Of a DNA stretch of 64,000 nt, positions 14,701-29,548 are shown in pieces (position 1 is the first letter of the stretch; each line of letters begins with the position of its first letter). Source of the stretch: Azolla caroliniana (taxonomy: Eukaryota > Plantae > Polypodiophyta). The stretch is taken from positions 186,001-250,000 of the forward strand of contig JBHGNT010000026.1 of assembly GCA_043228905.1 (NCBI GenBank), given 5' to 3'. The notes beneath the pieces are model-generated. The model was not told the DNA's origin, ran no database searches, and saw only the letters and a program-made list of their open reading frames with translations. The position numbers and the translations under genes were made by a program.

Positions 14701-17700
14701 TTTTTGTGTTCAAACATGCGAATCGAAGCTAACAACGCTAGCTATGATCTAGAATTAAAAAATCAAGATTTTGAAACTCAGGTCGAGAGACATGACGAAA
14801 TTAGCAAATTTGAGGAGTGAGTTGAGAGGAGCCCTTGAGTAAATTAAAATGGTCATACCTAGCGAGTGTGATATCGGATTTTTGTGTACAAACATGCGAA
14901 TCGAAGCTAACAACGCTAGCTATCATATGGAATTGAAAAATCAAGATTTTGAAACTCAGGTCGAGAGACATGACGAAATTAGCAAATTTGAGGAGTGAGT
15001 TGAGAGAAGCCCTTGAGTAAATTAAAATGTTCATACCTAGCGAGTGTGATATCGGAATTTTGTGTACAAACATGCGAATCGAAGCTAACAACGCTAGCTA
15101 TGATATGGAATTGAAAAATCAAGATTTTGAAACTCAGGTCGAGAGACATGACGAAATTAGCAAATTTGAGGAGTGAGTTGAGAGGAGCCCTTGAGTAAAT
15201 AAAAATGTTTATACCTAGCTCGTGTGATATCGGATTTTTGTGTTCAAACATGCGAATCGAAGCTAACAACGCTAGCTATGATATGGAATTACAAAATCAA
15301 GATTTTGAAACTCCAGGCGAGAGACATGACGAAATTACCAAATTTGAGGAGTGAGGTTGGAATAGCGCGTGAGTGAATTAAAATGTTCATACCTGGCTCG
15401 TGTGATATCGGATTTTTGTGTTCAAACATGCGAATCGAAGCTAACAACGCTAGCTATGATATGGACTTTAAAAATCAAGATTTTGAAACTCAGATCGAGA
15501 GACATGTCGTAATTTCCAAATTTCAGGAGGGAGTTGAGAAGAGCTAGTAGGTAAATTATAATGTTCATACCTGGCTCGTGTGATATCGGATTTTTGTGTT
15601 CAAACCTGCGAATCGAAGCTAACAACGCTAGCTATGATATGGAATAAAAAAAACAAGATTTTGAAACTCAGGTCAAGAGACATGACGAAATTAGCAAATT
15701 TGAGGAGTGAGTTGAGAGGAGCCCTTGAGTAAATTAAAATGTTCATACCTAGCGAGGGTGATATCGGCTTTTTGTGTACAAACATGCGAATCGAAGCTAA
15801 CAACGCTAGCTATGATATGGAATTAAAAAATCAAGATTTTGACACTCAGGTCGAGAGACATGACGAAATTACCAAATTTGAGGAGTGAGTTGAGAGGAGC
15901 CCTTGAGTAAATTAAAATGTTCATACCTAGCGAGTGTGATATCAGAATTTTGTGTTCAAACATGCGAATCAAACCTAACAACGCTAGCTATGATCTAGAA
16001 TTAAAAAAGGAAGATTTTGAAACTCAGGTCGAGAGTCATGACGGAATTAGCAAATTTGAGGAGTGAGTTGAGAGGAGCCCTTGAGTAAATTAAAAGGGTC
16101 ATACCTAGCGAGTGTGATATCGGATTTTTGTGTACAAACATGCGAATCGAAGCTAACAACGCTAGCTATCATATGGAATTGAAAAATCAAGATTTTGAAA
16201 CTCAGGTCGAGAGACATGACGAAATTAGCAAATTTGAGGAGTGAGTTGAGAGAAGCCCTTGAGTAAATTAAAATGTTCATACCTAGCGAGTGTGATATCG
16301 GAATTTTGTGTACAAACATGCGAATCGAAGCTAACAACGCTAGCTATGATATGGAATTGAAAAATCAAGATTTTGAAACTCAGGTCGAGAGACATGACGG
16401 AATTAGCAAATTTGAGGAGTGAGTTGAGAGGAGCCCTTGAGTAAATTAAAATGTTCATACATAGCGAGTGTGATATCGGATTTTTGTGTACAAACATGCG
16501 AATCGAAGCTAACAACGCTAGCTATGATATGGAATTAAAAAATCAAGATTTTGAAAATCAGGTCGAGAGGCATGACGAAATTAGCAAATTTGAGGAGTGA
16601 GTTGAGAGGAGCCCTTGAGTAAATTAAAATGTTCATACATAGCGAGTGTGATATCGGATTTTTGTGTACAAACATGCGAATCGAAGCTAACAACGCTAGC
16701 TATGATATGGAATTAAAAAATCAAGATTTTGAAATTAAGGTCCAGAGACATGACGAAATTACCAAATTTGAGGAGGGAGTTGAGAGGGGCCCTTGAGTAA
16801 ATTAAAATATTCATACCTAGCGAGTCTTATATCGGAATTTTGTGTTCAAACATGCGAATCAAACCTAACAACGCTAGCTATGATCTAGTATTAAAAAAGC
16901 AAGATTTTGAAACTCAGGTCGAGAGTCATGACGGAATTAGCAAATTTGAGGAGTGAGTTGAGAGGAGCCCTTGAGTCAATTAAAATGGTCATACCTAGCG
17001 AGTGTGATATCGGATTTTTGTGTACAAACATGCGAATCGAAGCTAACAACACTAGCTATGATATGGAATTAAAAAATCAAGATTTTGAAACTCAGGTCGA
17101 GAGACATGACGAAATTTCCAAATTTGAGGAGGGAGTTGAGAAGAGCTAGTAGGTAAATTACAATGTTCATACCTGGTTCTTGTGATATCGGATTTTTGTG
17201 TTCAAACATGCGAATCGAAGCTAACAACACTAGCTATGATATGGAATTACAAAATCAAGATTTTGAAAGTCCAGTCGAGAGACATGATGAAATTACCAAA
17301 TTTGAGGAGTGAGGTTGGAAGAGCGCGTGAGTGAATTAAAATGTTCATAGCTGGCTCGTGTGATATCGGATTTTTGTGTTCAAACATGCGAATCGAAGCT
17401 AACGACGCTAGCTATGATATGGAATTGAAAAATCAAGATTTTGAAACTCAGGTCGAGACACATGACGAAATTACCAAATTTGAGGAGTGAGTTGAGAGGA
17501 GCCCTTGAGTAAATTAAAATGGTCATACCTAGCGAGTGTGATATCGGATTTTTGTGTACAAACATGCGAATCGAAGCTAACAACGCTAGCTATGATATGG
17601 AATTAAAAAATGAAGATTTTGAAACTCAGGTCGAGAGACATGACGAAATTTCCAAATTTGAGGAGGGAGTTGAGAAGAGCTAGTAGGTAAATTACAATGT

Positions 17701-17800
17701 TCATACCTGGTTCGTGTGATATCGGATTTTTGTGTTCAAACATGCGAATCGAAGCTAACAACGCTAGCTATGATATGGAATTACAAAATCAAGATTTTGA
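8723..17800 (+). repeat. Super-HOR copy 2 (51 monomers; collinear with copy 1 to about 11.9 kb, then rearranged)
   Basis: The 8722 offset holds to about 11.9 kb. After that the marker spacings are 9 and 24 monomers, and a 7-mer repeat appears (ORFs 14801/16047 and 14979/16225, offset 1246 = 7x178). Confidence 0.72.
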
Positions 17801-20800
17801 AACTCCAGTCGAGATACATGACGAAATTAGCAAATTTGAGGAGTGAGTTGAGAGGAGCCCTTGAGTAAATTAAAATGTTCATACCTAGCGAGTGTGATAT
17901 CGGAATTTTGTGTAAAAACATCCGAATCGAAGCTAACAACGCTAGCTATGATATGGAATTAAAAAATCAAGATTTTGAAAATCAGGTCGAGAGGCATGAC
18001 GAAATTAGCAAATTTGAGGAGTGAGTTGAGAGGAGCCCTTGAGTAAATTAAAATGTTCATACATAGCGAGTGTGATATCGGATTTTTGTGTACAAACATG
18101 CGAATCGAAGCTAACAAGGCTAGCTATGATATGGAATTAAAAAATCAAGATTTTGAAACTAAGGTCCAGAGACATGACGAAATTACCAAATTTGAGGAGG
18201 GAGTTGAGAGGGGCCCTTGAGTAAATTAAAATGTTCATACCTAGCGAGTCTGATATCGGAATTTTGTGTTCAAACATGCGAATCGAAGCTAACAACGCTA
18301 GCTATGATATGGAATTACAAAATCAAGATTTTGAAACTCCAGGCGAGAGACATGACGAAATTACCAAATTTGAGGAGTGAGGTTGGAATAGCGCGTGAGT
18401 GAATTAAAATGTTCATACCTGGCTCGTGTGATATCGGATTTTTGTGTTCAAACATGCGAATCGAAGCTAACAACGCTAGCTATGATATGGACTTAAAAAA
18501 TCAAGATTTTGAAACTCAGATCGAGAGACATGACGTAATTTCCAAATTTCAGGAGGGAGTTGAGAAGAGCTAGTAGGTAAATTATAATGTTCATACCTGG
18601 CTCGTGTGATATCGGATTTTTGTGTTCAAACCTGCGAATCGAAGCTAACAACGCTAGCTATGATATGGAATTACAAAATCAAGATTTTGAAACTCCAGGC
18701 GAGAGACATGACGACATTACCAAATTTGAGGAGTGAGGTTGGAAGAGCCCTTGAGTAAATTAAAATGTTCATACATAGCGAGTGTGATATCGGATTTTTG
18801 TGTACAAACATGCGAATCGAAGCTAACAACGCTAGCTATGATATGGAATTAAAAAATCAAGATTTTGAAACTAAGGTCGAGAGACATGACGAAATTACCA
18901 AATTTGAGGAGGGGGTTAAGAGGGGCCCTTGAGTAAATTAAAATGTTCATAGCTAGCGAGTGTGATATCGGAATTTTGTTTTCAAACATGCGAATCAAAC
19001 CTAACAACGTTAGCTATGATCTAGAATTAAAAAAGCAAGATTTTGAAACTCAGGTCGAGAGTCATGACGGAATTAGCAAATTTGAGGAGTGAGTTGAGAG
19101 GAGCCCTTGAGTAAATTAAAATGGTCATACCTAGCGAGTGTGATATCGGATTTTTGTGTACAAACATGCGAATCGAAGCTAACAACGCTAGCTATCATAT
19201 GGAATTGAAAAATCAAGATTTTGAAACTCAGGTCGAGAGACATGACGAAATTAGCAAATTTGAGGAGTGAGTTGAGAGGAGCCCTTGAGTAAATTAAAAT
19301 GTTCATACCTGGCTCGTGTGATATCGGAATTTTGTGTACAAACATGCGAATCGAAGCTAACAACGCTAGCTATGATATGGAATTAAAAAATCAAGATTTT
19401 GAAACTAAGGTCGAGAGACATGACGAAATTACCAAATTTGAGGAGGGGGTTGAGAGGGGCCCTTGAGTAAATTAAAATGTTCATAGCTAGCGAGTGTGAT
19501 ATCGGAATTTTGTTTTCAAACATGCGAATCAAACCTAACAACGTTAGCTATGATCTAGAATTAAAAAAGCAAGATTTTGAAACTCAGGTCGAGAGTCATG
19601 ACGGAATTAGCAAATTTGAGGAGTGAGTTGAGAGGAGCCCTTGAGTAAATTAAAATGTTCATACATAGCGAGTGTGATATCGGATTTTTGTGTACAAACA
19701 TGCGAATCGAAGCTAACAACGCTAGCTATGATATGGAATTAAAAAATCAAGATTTTGAAAATCAGGTCGAGGGGCATGACGAAATTAGCAAATTTGAGGA
19801 GTGAGTTGAGAGGAGCCCTTGAGTAAATTAAAATGTTCATACATAGCGAGTGTGATATCGGATTTTTGTGTACAAACATGCGAATCGAAGCTAACAACGC
19901 TAGCTATGATATGGAATTAAAAAATCAAGATTTTGAAACTAAGGTCCAGAGACATGACGAAATTACCAAATTTGAGGAGGGAGTTGAGAGGGGCCCTTGA
20001 GTAAATTAAAATATTCATACCTAGCGAGTCTGATATCGGAATTTTGTGTTCAAACATGCGAATCAAACCTAACAACGCTAGCTATGATCTAGTATTAAAA
20101 AAGCAAGATTTTGAAACTCAGGTCGAGAGTCATGACGGAATTAGCAAATTTGAGGAGTGAGTTGAGAGGAGCCCTTGAGTCAATTAAAATGGTCATACCT
20201 AGCGAGTGTGATATCGGATTTTTGTGTACAAACATGCGAATCGAAGCTAACAACACTAGCTATGATATGGAATTAAAAAATCAAGATTTTGAAACTCAGG
20301 TCGAGAGACATGACGAAATTTCCAAATTTGAGGAGGGAGTTGAGAAGAGCTAGTAGGTAAATTACAATGTTCATACCTGGTTCTTGTGATATCGGATTTT
20401 TGTGTTCAAACATGCGAATCGAAGCTAACAACACTAGCTATGATATGGAATTACAAAATCAAGATTTTGAAAGTCCAGTCGAGAGACATGATGAAATTAC
20501 CAAATTTGAGGAGTGAGGTTGGAAGAGCGCGTGAGTGAATTAAAATGTTCATAGCTGGCTCGTGTGATATCGGATTTTTGTGTTCAAACATGCGAATCGA
20601 AGCTAACGACGCTAGCTATGATATGGAATTGAAAAATCAAGATTTTGAAACTCAGGTCGAGACACATGACGAAATTACCAAATTTGAGGAGTGAGTTGAG
20701 AGGAGCCCTTGAGTAAATTAAAATGGTCATACCTAGCGAGTGTGATATCGGAATTTTGTGTACAAACATGCGAATCGAAGCTAACAACGCTAGCTATGAT

Positions 20801-23800
20801 ATGGAATTAAAAAATCAAGATTTTGAAACTCAGGTCGAGAGACATGACGAAATTTCCAAATTTGAGGAGGGAGTTGAGAAGAGCTAGGAGGTAAATTACA
20901 ATGTTCATACCTGGTTCGTGTGATATCGGATTTTTGTGTTCAAACATGCGAATCGAAGCTAACAACGCTAGCTATGATATGGAATTACAAAATCAAGATT
21001 TTGAAACTCCAGTCGAGATACATGACGAAATTAGCAAATTTGAGGAGTGAGTTGAGAGGAGCCCTTGAGTAAATTAAAATGTTCATACCTAGCGAGTGTG
21101 ATATCGGAATTTTGTGTAAAAACATCCGAATCGAAGCTAACAACGCTAGCTATGATATGGAATTAAAAAATCAAGATTTAGAAAATCAGGTCGAGAGGCA
21201 TGACGAAATTAGCAAATTTGAGGAGTGAGTTGAGAGGAGCCCTTGAGTAAATTAAAATGTTCATACATAGCGAGTGTGATATCGGATTTTTGTGTACAAA
21301 CATGCGAATCGAAGCTAACAACGCTAGCTATGATATGGAATTAAAAAATCAAGATTTTGAAACTAAGGTCCAGAGACATGACGAAATTACCAAATTTGAG
21401 GAGGGAGTTGAGAGGGGCCCTTGAGTAAATTAAAATATTCATACCTAGCGAGTCTGATATCGGAATTTTGTGTTCAAACATGCGAATCAAACCTAACAAC
21501 GCTAGCTATGATCTAGAATTAAAAAAGCAAGATTTTGAAACTCAGGTCGAGAGTCATGACGGAATTAGCAAATTTGAGGAGTGAGTTGAGAGGAGCCCTT
21601 GAGTCAATTAAAATGGTCATACCTAGCGAGTGTGATATCGGATTTTTGTGTACAAACATGCGAATCGAAGCTAACAACGCTAGCTATGATATGGAATTAA
21701 AAAATCAAGATTTTGAAACTCAGGTCGAGAGACATGACGAAATTTCCAAATTTGAGGAGGGAGTTGAGAAGAGCTAGTAGGTAAATTACAATGTTCATAC
21801 CTGGTTCTTGTGATATCGGATTTTTGTGTTCAAACATGCGAATCGAAGCTAACAACACTAGCTATGATATGGAATTACAAAATCAAGATTTTGAAAGTCC
21901 AGTCGAGAGACATGATGAAATTACCAAATTTGAGGAGTGAGGTTGGAAGAGCGCGTGAGTGAATTAAAATGTTCATAGCTGGCTCGTGTGATATCGGATT
22001 TTTGTGTTCAAACATGCGAATCGAAGCTAACGACGCTAGCTATGATATGGAATTGAAAAATCAAGATTTTGAAACTCAGGTCGAGACACATGACGAAATT
22101 ACCAAATTTGAGGAGTGAGTTGAGAGGAGCCCTTGAGTAAATTAAAATGGTCATACATAGCGAGTGTGATATCGGATTTTTGTGTACAAACATGCGAATC
22201 GAAGCTAACAACGCTAGCTATGATATGGAATTAAAAAATGAAGATTTTGAAACTCAGGTCGAGAGACATGACGAAATTTCCAAATTTGAGGAGGGAGTTG
22301 AGAAGAGCTAGTAGGTAAATTACAATGTTCATACCTGGTTCGTGTGATATCGGATTTTTGTGTTCAAACATGCGAATCGAAGCTAACAACGCTAGCTATG
22401 ATATGGAATTACAAAATCAAGATTTTGAAACTCTAGTCGAGAGACATGACGAAATTACCAAATTTGAGGAGTGAGGTTGGAAGAGCGCGTGAGTGAATTA
22501 AAATGTTCATACCTGGCTCGTGTGATATCGGATATTTGTGTTCAAACATGCGAATCGAAGCTAACAACGCTAGCTATGATATGGAATTAAAAAATCAAGA
22601 TTTTGAAAATAAGGTCGAGAGGCATGACGAAATTAGCAAATTTGAGGAGTGAGTTGAGAGGAGCCCTTGAGTAAATTAAAATGTTCATACCTAGCGAGTG
22701 TGATATCGGAATTTTGTGTAAAAACATCCGAATCGAAGCTAACAACGCTAGCTATGATATGGAATTAAAAAATCAAGATTTTGAAAATCAGGTCGAGAGG
22801 CATGACGAAATTAGCAAATTTGAGGAGTGAGTTGAGAGGAGCCCTTGAGTAAATTAAAATGTTCATACATAGCGAGTGTGATATCGGATTTTTGTGTACA
22901 AACATGCGAATCGAAGCTAACAAGGCTAGCTATGATATGGAATTAAAAAATCAAGATTTTGAAACTAAGGTCCAGAGACATGACGAAATTACCAAATTTG
23001 AGGAGGGAGTTGAGAGGGGCCCTTGAGTAAATTAAAATGTTCATACCTAGCGAGTCTGATATCGGAATTTTGTGTTCAAACATGCGAATCGAACCTAACA
23101 ACGCTAGCTATGATCTAGAATTAAAAAAGCAAGATTTTGAAACTCAGGTCGAGAGTCATGACGGAATTAGCAAATTTGAGGAGTGAGTTGAGAGGAGCCC
23201 TTGAGTAAATTAAAATGGTCATACCTAGCGAGTGTGATATCGGATTTTTGTGTACAAACATGCGAATCGAAGCTAACAACGCTAGCTATGATATGGAATT
23301 AAAAAATCAAGATTTTGAAACTCAGGTCGAGAGACATGACGAAATTACCAAATTTGAGGAGTGAGTTGAGAGGAGCCCTTGAGTAAATTAAAATGGTCAT
23401 ACCTAGCGAGTGTGATATCGGATTTTTGTGTACAAACATGCGAATCGAAGCTAACAACGCTAGCTATGATATGGAATTAAAAAATGAAGATTTTGAAACT
23501 CAGGTCGAGAGACATGACGAAATTTCCAAATTTGAGGAGGGAGTTGAGAAGAGCTAGTAGGTAAATTACAATGTTCATACCTGGTTCGTGTGATATCGGA
23601 TTTTTGTGTTCAAACATGCGAATCGAAGCTAACAACGCTAGCTATGATATGGAATTACAAAATCAAGATTTTGAAACTAAGGTCCAGAGACATGACGAAA
23701 TTACCAAATTTGAGGAGTGAGTTGAGAGGAGCCCTTGAGTAAATTAAAATGTTCATACCTAGCGAGTGTGATATCGGAATTTTGTGTAAAAACATCCGAA

Positions 23801-26800
23801 TCGAAGCTAACAACGCTAGCTATGATATGGAATTAAAAAATCAAGATTTTGAAACTCAGGTCGAGAGACATGACGAAATTTCCAAATTTGAGGAGGGAGT
23901 TGAGAAGAGCTAGGAGGTAAATTACAATGTTCATACCTGGTTCGTGTGATATCGGATTTTTGTGTTCAAACATGCGAATCGAAGCTAACAACGCTAGCTA
24001 TGATATGGAATTACAAAATCAAGATTTTGAAACTCCAGTCGAGATACATGACGAAATTAGCAAATTTGAGGAGTGAGTTGAGAGGAGCCCTTGAGTAAAT
24101 TAAAATGTTCATACCTAGCGAGTGTGATATCGGAATTTTGTGTAAAAACATCCGAATCGAAGCTAACAACGCTAGCTATGATATGGAATTAAAAAATCAA
24201 GATTTAGAAAATCAGGTCGAGAGGCATGACGAAATTAGCAAATTTGAGGAGTGAGTTGAGAGGAGCCCTTGAGTAAATTAAAATGTTCATACATAGCGAG
24301 TGTGATATCGGATTTTTGTGTACAAACATGCGAATCGAAGCTAACAACGCTAGCTATGATATGGAATTAAAAAATCAAGATTTTGAAACTAAGGTCCAGA
24401 GACATGACGAAATTACCAAATTTGAGGAGGGAGTTGAGAGGGGCCCTTGAGTAAATTAAAATATTCATACCTAGCGAGTCTGATATCGGAATTTTGTGTT
24501 CAAACATGCGAATCAAACCTAACAACGCTAGCTATGATCTAGAATTAAAAAAGCAAGATTTTGAAACTCAGGTCGAGAGTCATGACGGAATTAGCAAATT
24601 TGAGGAGTGAGTTGAGAGGAGCCCTTGAGTCAATTAAAATGGTCATACCTAGCGAGTGTGATATCGGATTTTTGTGTACAAACATGCGAATCGAAGCTAA
24701 CAACGCTAGCTATGATATGGAATTAAAAAATCAAGATTTTGAAACTCAGGTCGAGAGACATGACGAAATTTCCAAATTTGAGGAGGGAGTTGAGAAGAGC
24801 TAGTAGGTAAATTACAATGTTCATACCTGGTTCTTGTGATATCGGATTTTTGTGTTCAAACATGCGAATCGAAGCTAACAACACTAGCTATGATATGGAA
24901 TTACAAAATCAAGATTTTGAAAGTCCAGTCGAGAGACATGATGAAATTACCAAATTTGAGGAGTGAGGTTGGAAGAGCGCGTGAGTGAATTAAAATGTTC
25001 ATAGCTGGCTCGTGTGATATCGGATTTTTGTGTTCAAACATGCGAATCGAAGCTAACGACGCTAGCTATGATATGGAATTGAAAAATCAAGATTTTGAAA
25101 CTCAGGTCGAGACACATGACGAAATTACCAAATTTGAGGAGTGAGTTGAGAGGAGCCCTTGAGTAAATTAAAATGGTCATACATAGCGAGTGTGATATCG
25201 GATTTTTGTGTACAAACATGCGAATCGAAGCTAACAACGCTAGCTATGATATGGAATTAAAAAATCAAGATTTTGAAACTCAGGTCGAGAGACATGACGA
25301 AATTTCCAAATTTGAGGACGGAGTTGAGAAGAGCTAGTAGGTAAATTACAATGTTCATACCTGGTTCGTGTGATATCGGATTTTTGTGTTCAAACATGCG
25401 AATCGAAGCTAACAACGCTAGCTATGATATGGAATTACAAAATCAAGATTTTGAAACTCTAGTCGAGAGACATGACGAAATTACCAAATTTGAGGAGTGA
25501 GGTTGGAAGAGCGCGTGAGTGAATTAAAATGTTCATACCTGGCTCGTGTGATATCGGATATTTGTGTTCAAACATGCGAATCGAAGCTAACAACGCTAGC
25601 TATGATATGGAATTAAAAAATCAAGATTTTGAAAATAAGGTCGAGAGGCATGACGAAATTAGCAAATTTGAGGAGTGAGTTGAGAGGAGCCCTTGAGTAA
25701 ATTAAAATGTTCATACCTAGCGAGTGTGATATCGGAATTTTGTGTAAAAACATCCGAATCGAAGCTAACAACGCTAGCTATGATATGGAATTAAAAAATC
25801 AAGATTTTGAAAATCAGGTCGAGAGGCATGACGAAATTAGCAAATTTGAGGAGTGAGTTGAGAGGAGCCCTTGAGTAAATTAAAATGTTCATACATAGCG
25901 AGTGTGATATCGGATTTTTGTGTACAAACATGCGAATCGAAGCTAACAAGGCTAGCTATGATATGGAATTAAAAAATCAAGATTTTGAAACTAAGGTCCA
26001 GAGACATGACGAAATTACCAAATTTGAGGAGGGAGTTGAGAGGGGCCCTTGAGTAAATTAAAATGTTCATACCTAGCGAGTCTGATATCGGAATTTTGTG
26101 TTCAAACATGCGAATCGAACCTAACAACGCTAGCTATGATCTAGAATTAAAAAAGCAAGATTTTGAAACTCAGGTCGAGAGTCATGACGGAATTAGCAAA
26201 TTTGAGGAGTGAGTTGAGAGGAGCCCTTGAGTAAATTAAAATGGTCATACCTAGCGAGTGTGATATCGGATTTTTGTGTACAAACATGCGAATCGAAGCT
26301 AACAACGCTAGCTATGATATGGAATTAAAAAATCAAGATTTTGAAACTCAGGTCGAGAGACATGACGAAATTACCAAATTTGAGGAGTGAGTTGAGAGGA
26401 GCCCTTGAGTAAATTAAAATGGTCATACCTAGCGAGTGTGATATCGGATTTTTGTGTACAAACATGCGAATCGAAGCTAACAACGCTAGCTATGATATGG
26501 AATTAAAAAATGAAGATTTTGAAACTCAGGTCGAGAGACATGACGAAATTTCCAAATTTGAGGAGGGAGTTGAGAAGAGCTAGTAGGTAAATTACAATGT
26601 TCATACCTGGTTCGTGTGATATCGGATTTTTGTGTTCAAACATGCGAATCGAAGCTAACAACGCTAGCTATGATATGGAATTACAAAATCAAGATTTTGA
26701 AACTAAGGTCCAGAGACATGACGAAATTACCAAATTTGAGGAGTGAGTTGAGAGGAGCCCTTGAGTAAATTAAAATGTTCATACCTAGCGAGTGTGATAT

Positions 26801-29548
26801 CGGAATTTTGTGTAAAAACATCCGAATCGAAGCTAACAACGCTAGCTATGATATGGAATTAAAAAATCAAGATTTTGAAAATCAGGTCGAGAGGCATGAC
26901 GAAATTAGCAAATTTGAGGAGTGAGTTGAGAGGAGCCCTTGAGTAAATTAAAATGTTCATACATAGCGAGTGTGATATCGGATTTTTGTGTACAAACATG
27001 CGAATCGAAGCTAACAACGCTAGCTATGATATGGAATTAAAAAATCAAGATTTTGAAACTAAGGTCCAGAGACATGACGAAATTACCAAATTTGAGGAGG
27101 GAGTTGAGAGGGGCCCTTGAGTAAATTAAAATATTCATACCTAGCGAGTCTGATATCGGAATTTTGTGTTCAAACATGCGAATCAAACCTAACAACGCTA
27201 GCTATGATCTAGTATTAAAAAAGCAAGATTTTGAAACTCAGGTCGAGAGTCATGACGGAATTAGCAAATTTGAGGAGTGAGTTGAGAGGAGCCCTTGAGT
27301 CAATTAAAATGGTCATACCTAGCGAGTGTGATATCGGATTTTTGTGTACAAACATGCGAATCGAAGCTAACAACACTAGCTATGATATGGAATTAAAAAA
27401 TCAAGATTTTGAAACTCAGGTCGAGAGACATGACGAAATTTCCAAATTTGAGGAGGGAGTTGAGAAGAGCTAGTAGGTAAATTACAATGTTCATACCTGG
27501 TTCTTGTGATATCGGATTTTTGTGTTCAAACATGCGAATCGAAGCTAACAACACTAGCTATGATATGGAATTACAAAATCAAGATTTTGAAAGTCCAGTC
27601 GAGAGACATGATGAAATTACCAAATTTGAGGAGTGAGGTTGGAAGAGCGCGTGAGTGAATTAAAATGTTCATAGCTGGCTCGTGTGATATCGGATTTTTG
27701 TGTTCAAACATGCGAATCGAAGCTAACGACGCTAGCTATGATATGGAATTGAAAAATCAAGATTTTGAAACTCAGGTCGAGACACATGACGAAATTACCA
27801 AATTTGAGGAGTGAGTTGAGAGGAGCCCTTGAGTAAATTAAAATGGTCATACCTAGCGAGTGTGATATCGGATTTTTGTGTACAAACATGCGAATCGAAG
27901 CTAACAACGCTAGCTATGATATGGAATTAAAAAATGAAGATTTTGAAACTCAGGTCGAGAGACATGACGAAATTTCCAAATTTGAGGAGGGAGTTGAGAA
28001 GAGCTAGTAGGTAAATTACAATGTTCATACCTGGTTCGTGTGATATCGGATTTTTGTGTTCAAACATGCGAATCGAAGCTAACAACGCTAGCTATGATAT
28101 GGAATTACAAAATCAAGATTTTGAAACTCCAGTCGAGAGACATGACGAAATTAGCAAATTTGAGGAGTGAGTTGAGAGGAGCCCTTGAGTAAATTAAAAT
28201 GTTCATACCTAGCGAGTGTGATATCGGAATTTTGTGTAAAAACATCCGAATCGAAGCTAACAACGCTAGCTATGATATGGAATTAAAAAATCAAGATTTT
28301 GAAAATCAGGTCGAGAGGCATGACGAAATTAGCAAATTTGAGGAGTGAGTTGAGAGGAGCCCTTGAGTAAATTAAAATGTTCATACATAGCGAGTGTGAT
28401 ATCGGATTTTTGTGTACAAACATGCGAATCGAAGCTAACAACGCTAGCTATGATATGGAATTAAAAAATCAAGATTTTGAAACTAAGGTCCAGAGACATG
28501 ACGAAATTACCAAATTTGAGGAGGGAGTTGAGAGGGGCCCTTGAGTAAATTAAAATATTCATACCTAGCGAGTCTGATATCGGAATTTTGTGTTCAAACA
28601 TGCGAATCAAACCTAACAACGCTAGCTATGATCTAGAATTAAAAAAGCAAGATTTTGAAACTCAGGTCGAGAGTCATGACGGAATTAGCAAATTTGAGGA
28701 GTGAGTTGAGAGGAGCCCTTGAGTCAATTAAAATGGTCATACCTAGCGAGTGTGATATCGGATTTTTGTGTACAAACATGCGAATCGAAGCTAACAACGC
28801 TAGCTATGATATGGAATTAAAAAATCAAGATTTTGAAACTCAGGTCGAGAGACATGACGAAATTTCCAAATTTGAGGAGGGAGTTGAGAAGAGCTAGTAG
28901 GTAAATTACAATGTTCATACCTGGTTCTTGTGATATCGGATTTTTGTGTTCAAACATGCGAATCGAAGCTAACAACGCTAGCTATGATATGGAATTACAA
29001 AATCAAGATTTTGAAAGTCCAGTTGAGAGACATGATGAAATTACCAAATTTGAGGAGTGAGGTTGGAAGAGCGCGTGAGTGAATTAAAATGTTCATAGCT
29101 GGCTCGTGTGATATCGGATTTTTGTGTTCAAACATGCGAATCGAAGCTAACGACGCTAGCTATGATATGGAATTGAAAAATCAAGATTTTGAAACTCAGG
29201 TCGAGACACATGACGAAATTACCAAATTTGAGGAGTGAGTTGAGAGGAGCCCTTGAGTAAATTAAAATGGTCATACCTAGCGAGTGTGATATCGGATTTT
29301 TGTGTACAAACATGCGAATCGAAGCTAACAACGCTAGCTATGATATGGAATTAAAAAATGAAGATTTTGAAACTCAGGTCGAGAGACATGACGAAATTTC
29401 CAAATTTGAGGAGGGAGTTGAGAAGAGCTAGTAGGTAAATTACAATGTTCATACCTGGTTCGTGTGATATCGGATTTTTGTGTTCAAACATGCGAATCGA
29501 AGCTAACAACGCTAGCTATGATATGGAATTACAAAATCAAGATTTTGA
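17801..29548 (+). repeat. Super-HOR copy 3 (49 + 17 monomers; internal tandem duplication)
   Basis: aactccagtcgagatacatg occurs at both 1 and 17801 (offset 17800 = 100x178; ORFs 417/18217, 1273/19073, 3735/21535). Further on the offset becomes 20826 = 117x178 (ORFs 6405/27231, 7829/28655; private variant atcaaaatttt at 8821 and 29647). Confidence 0.85.
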
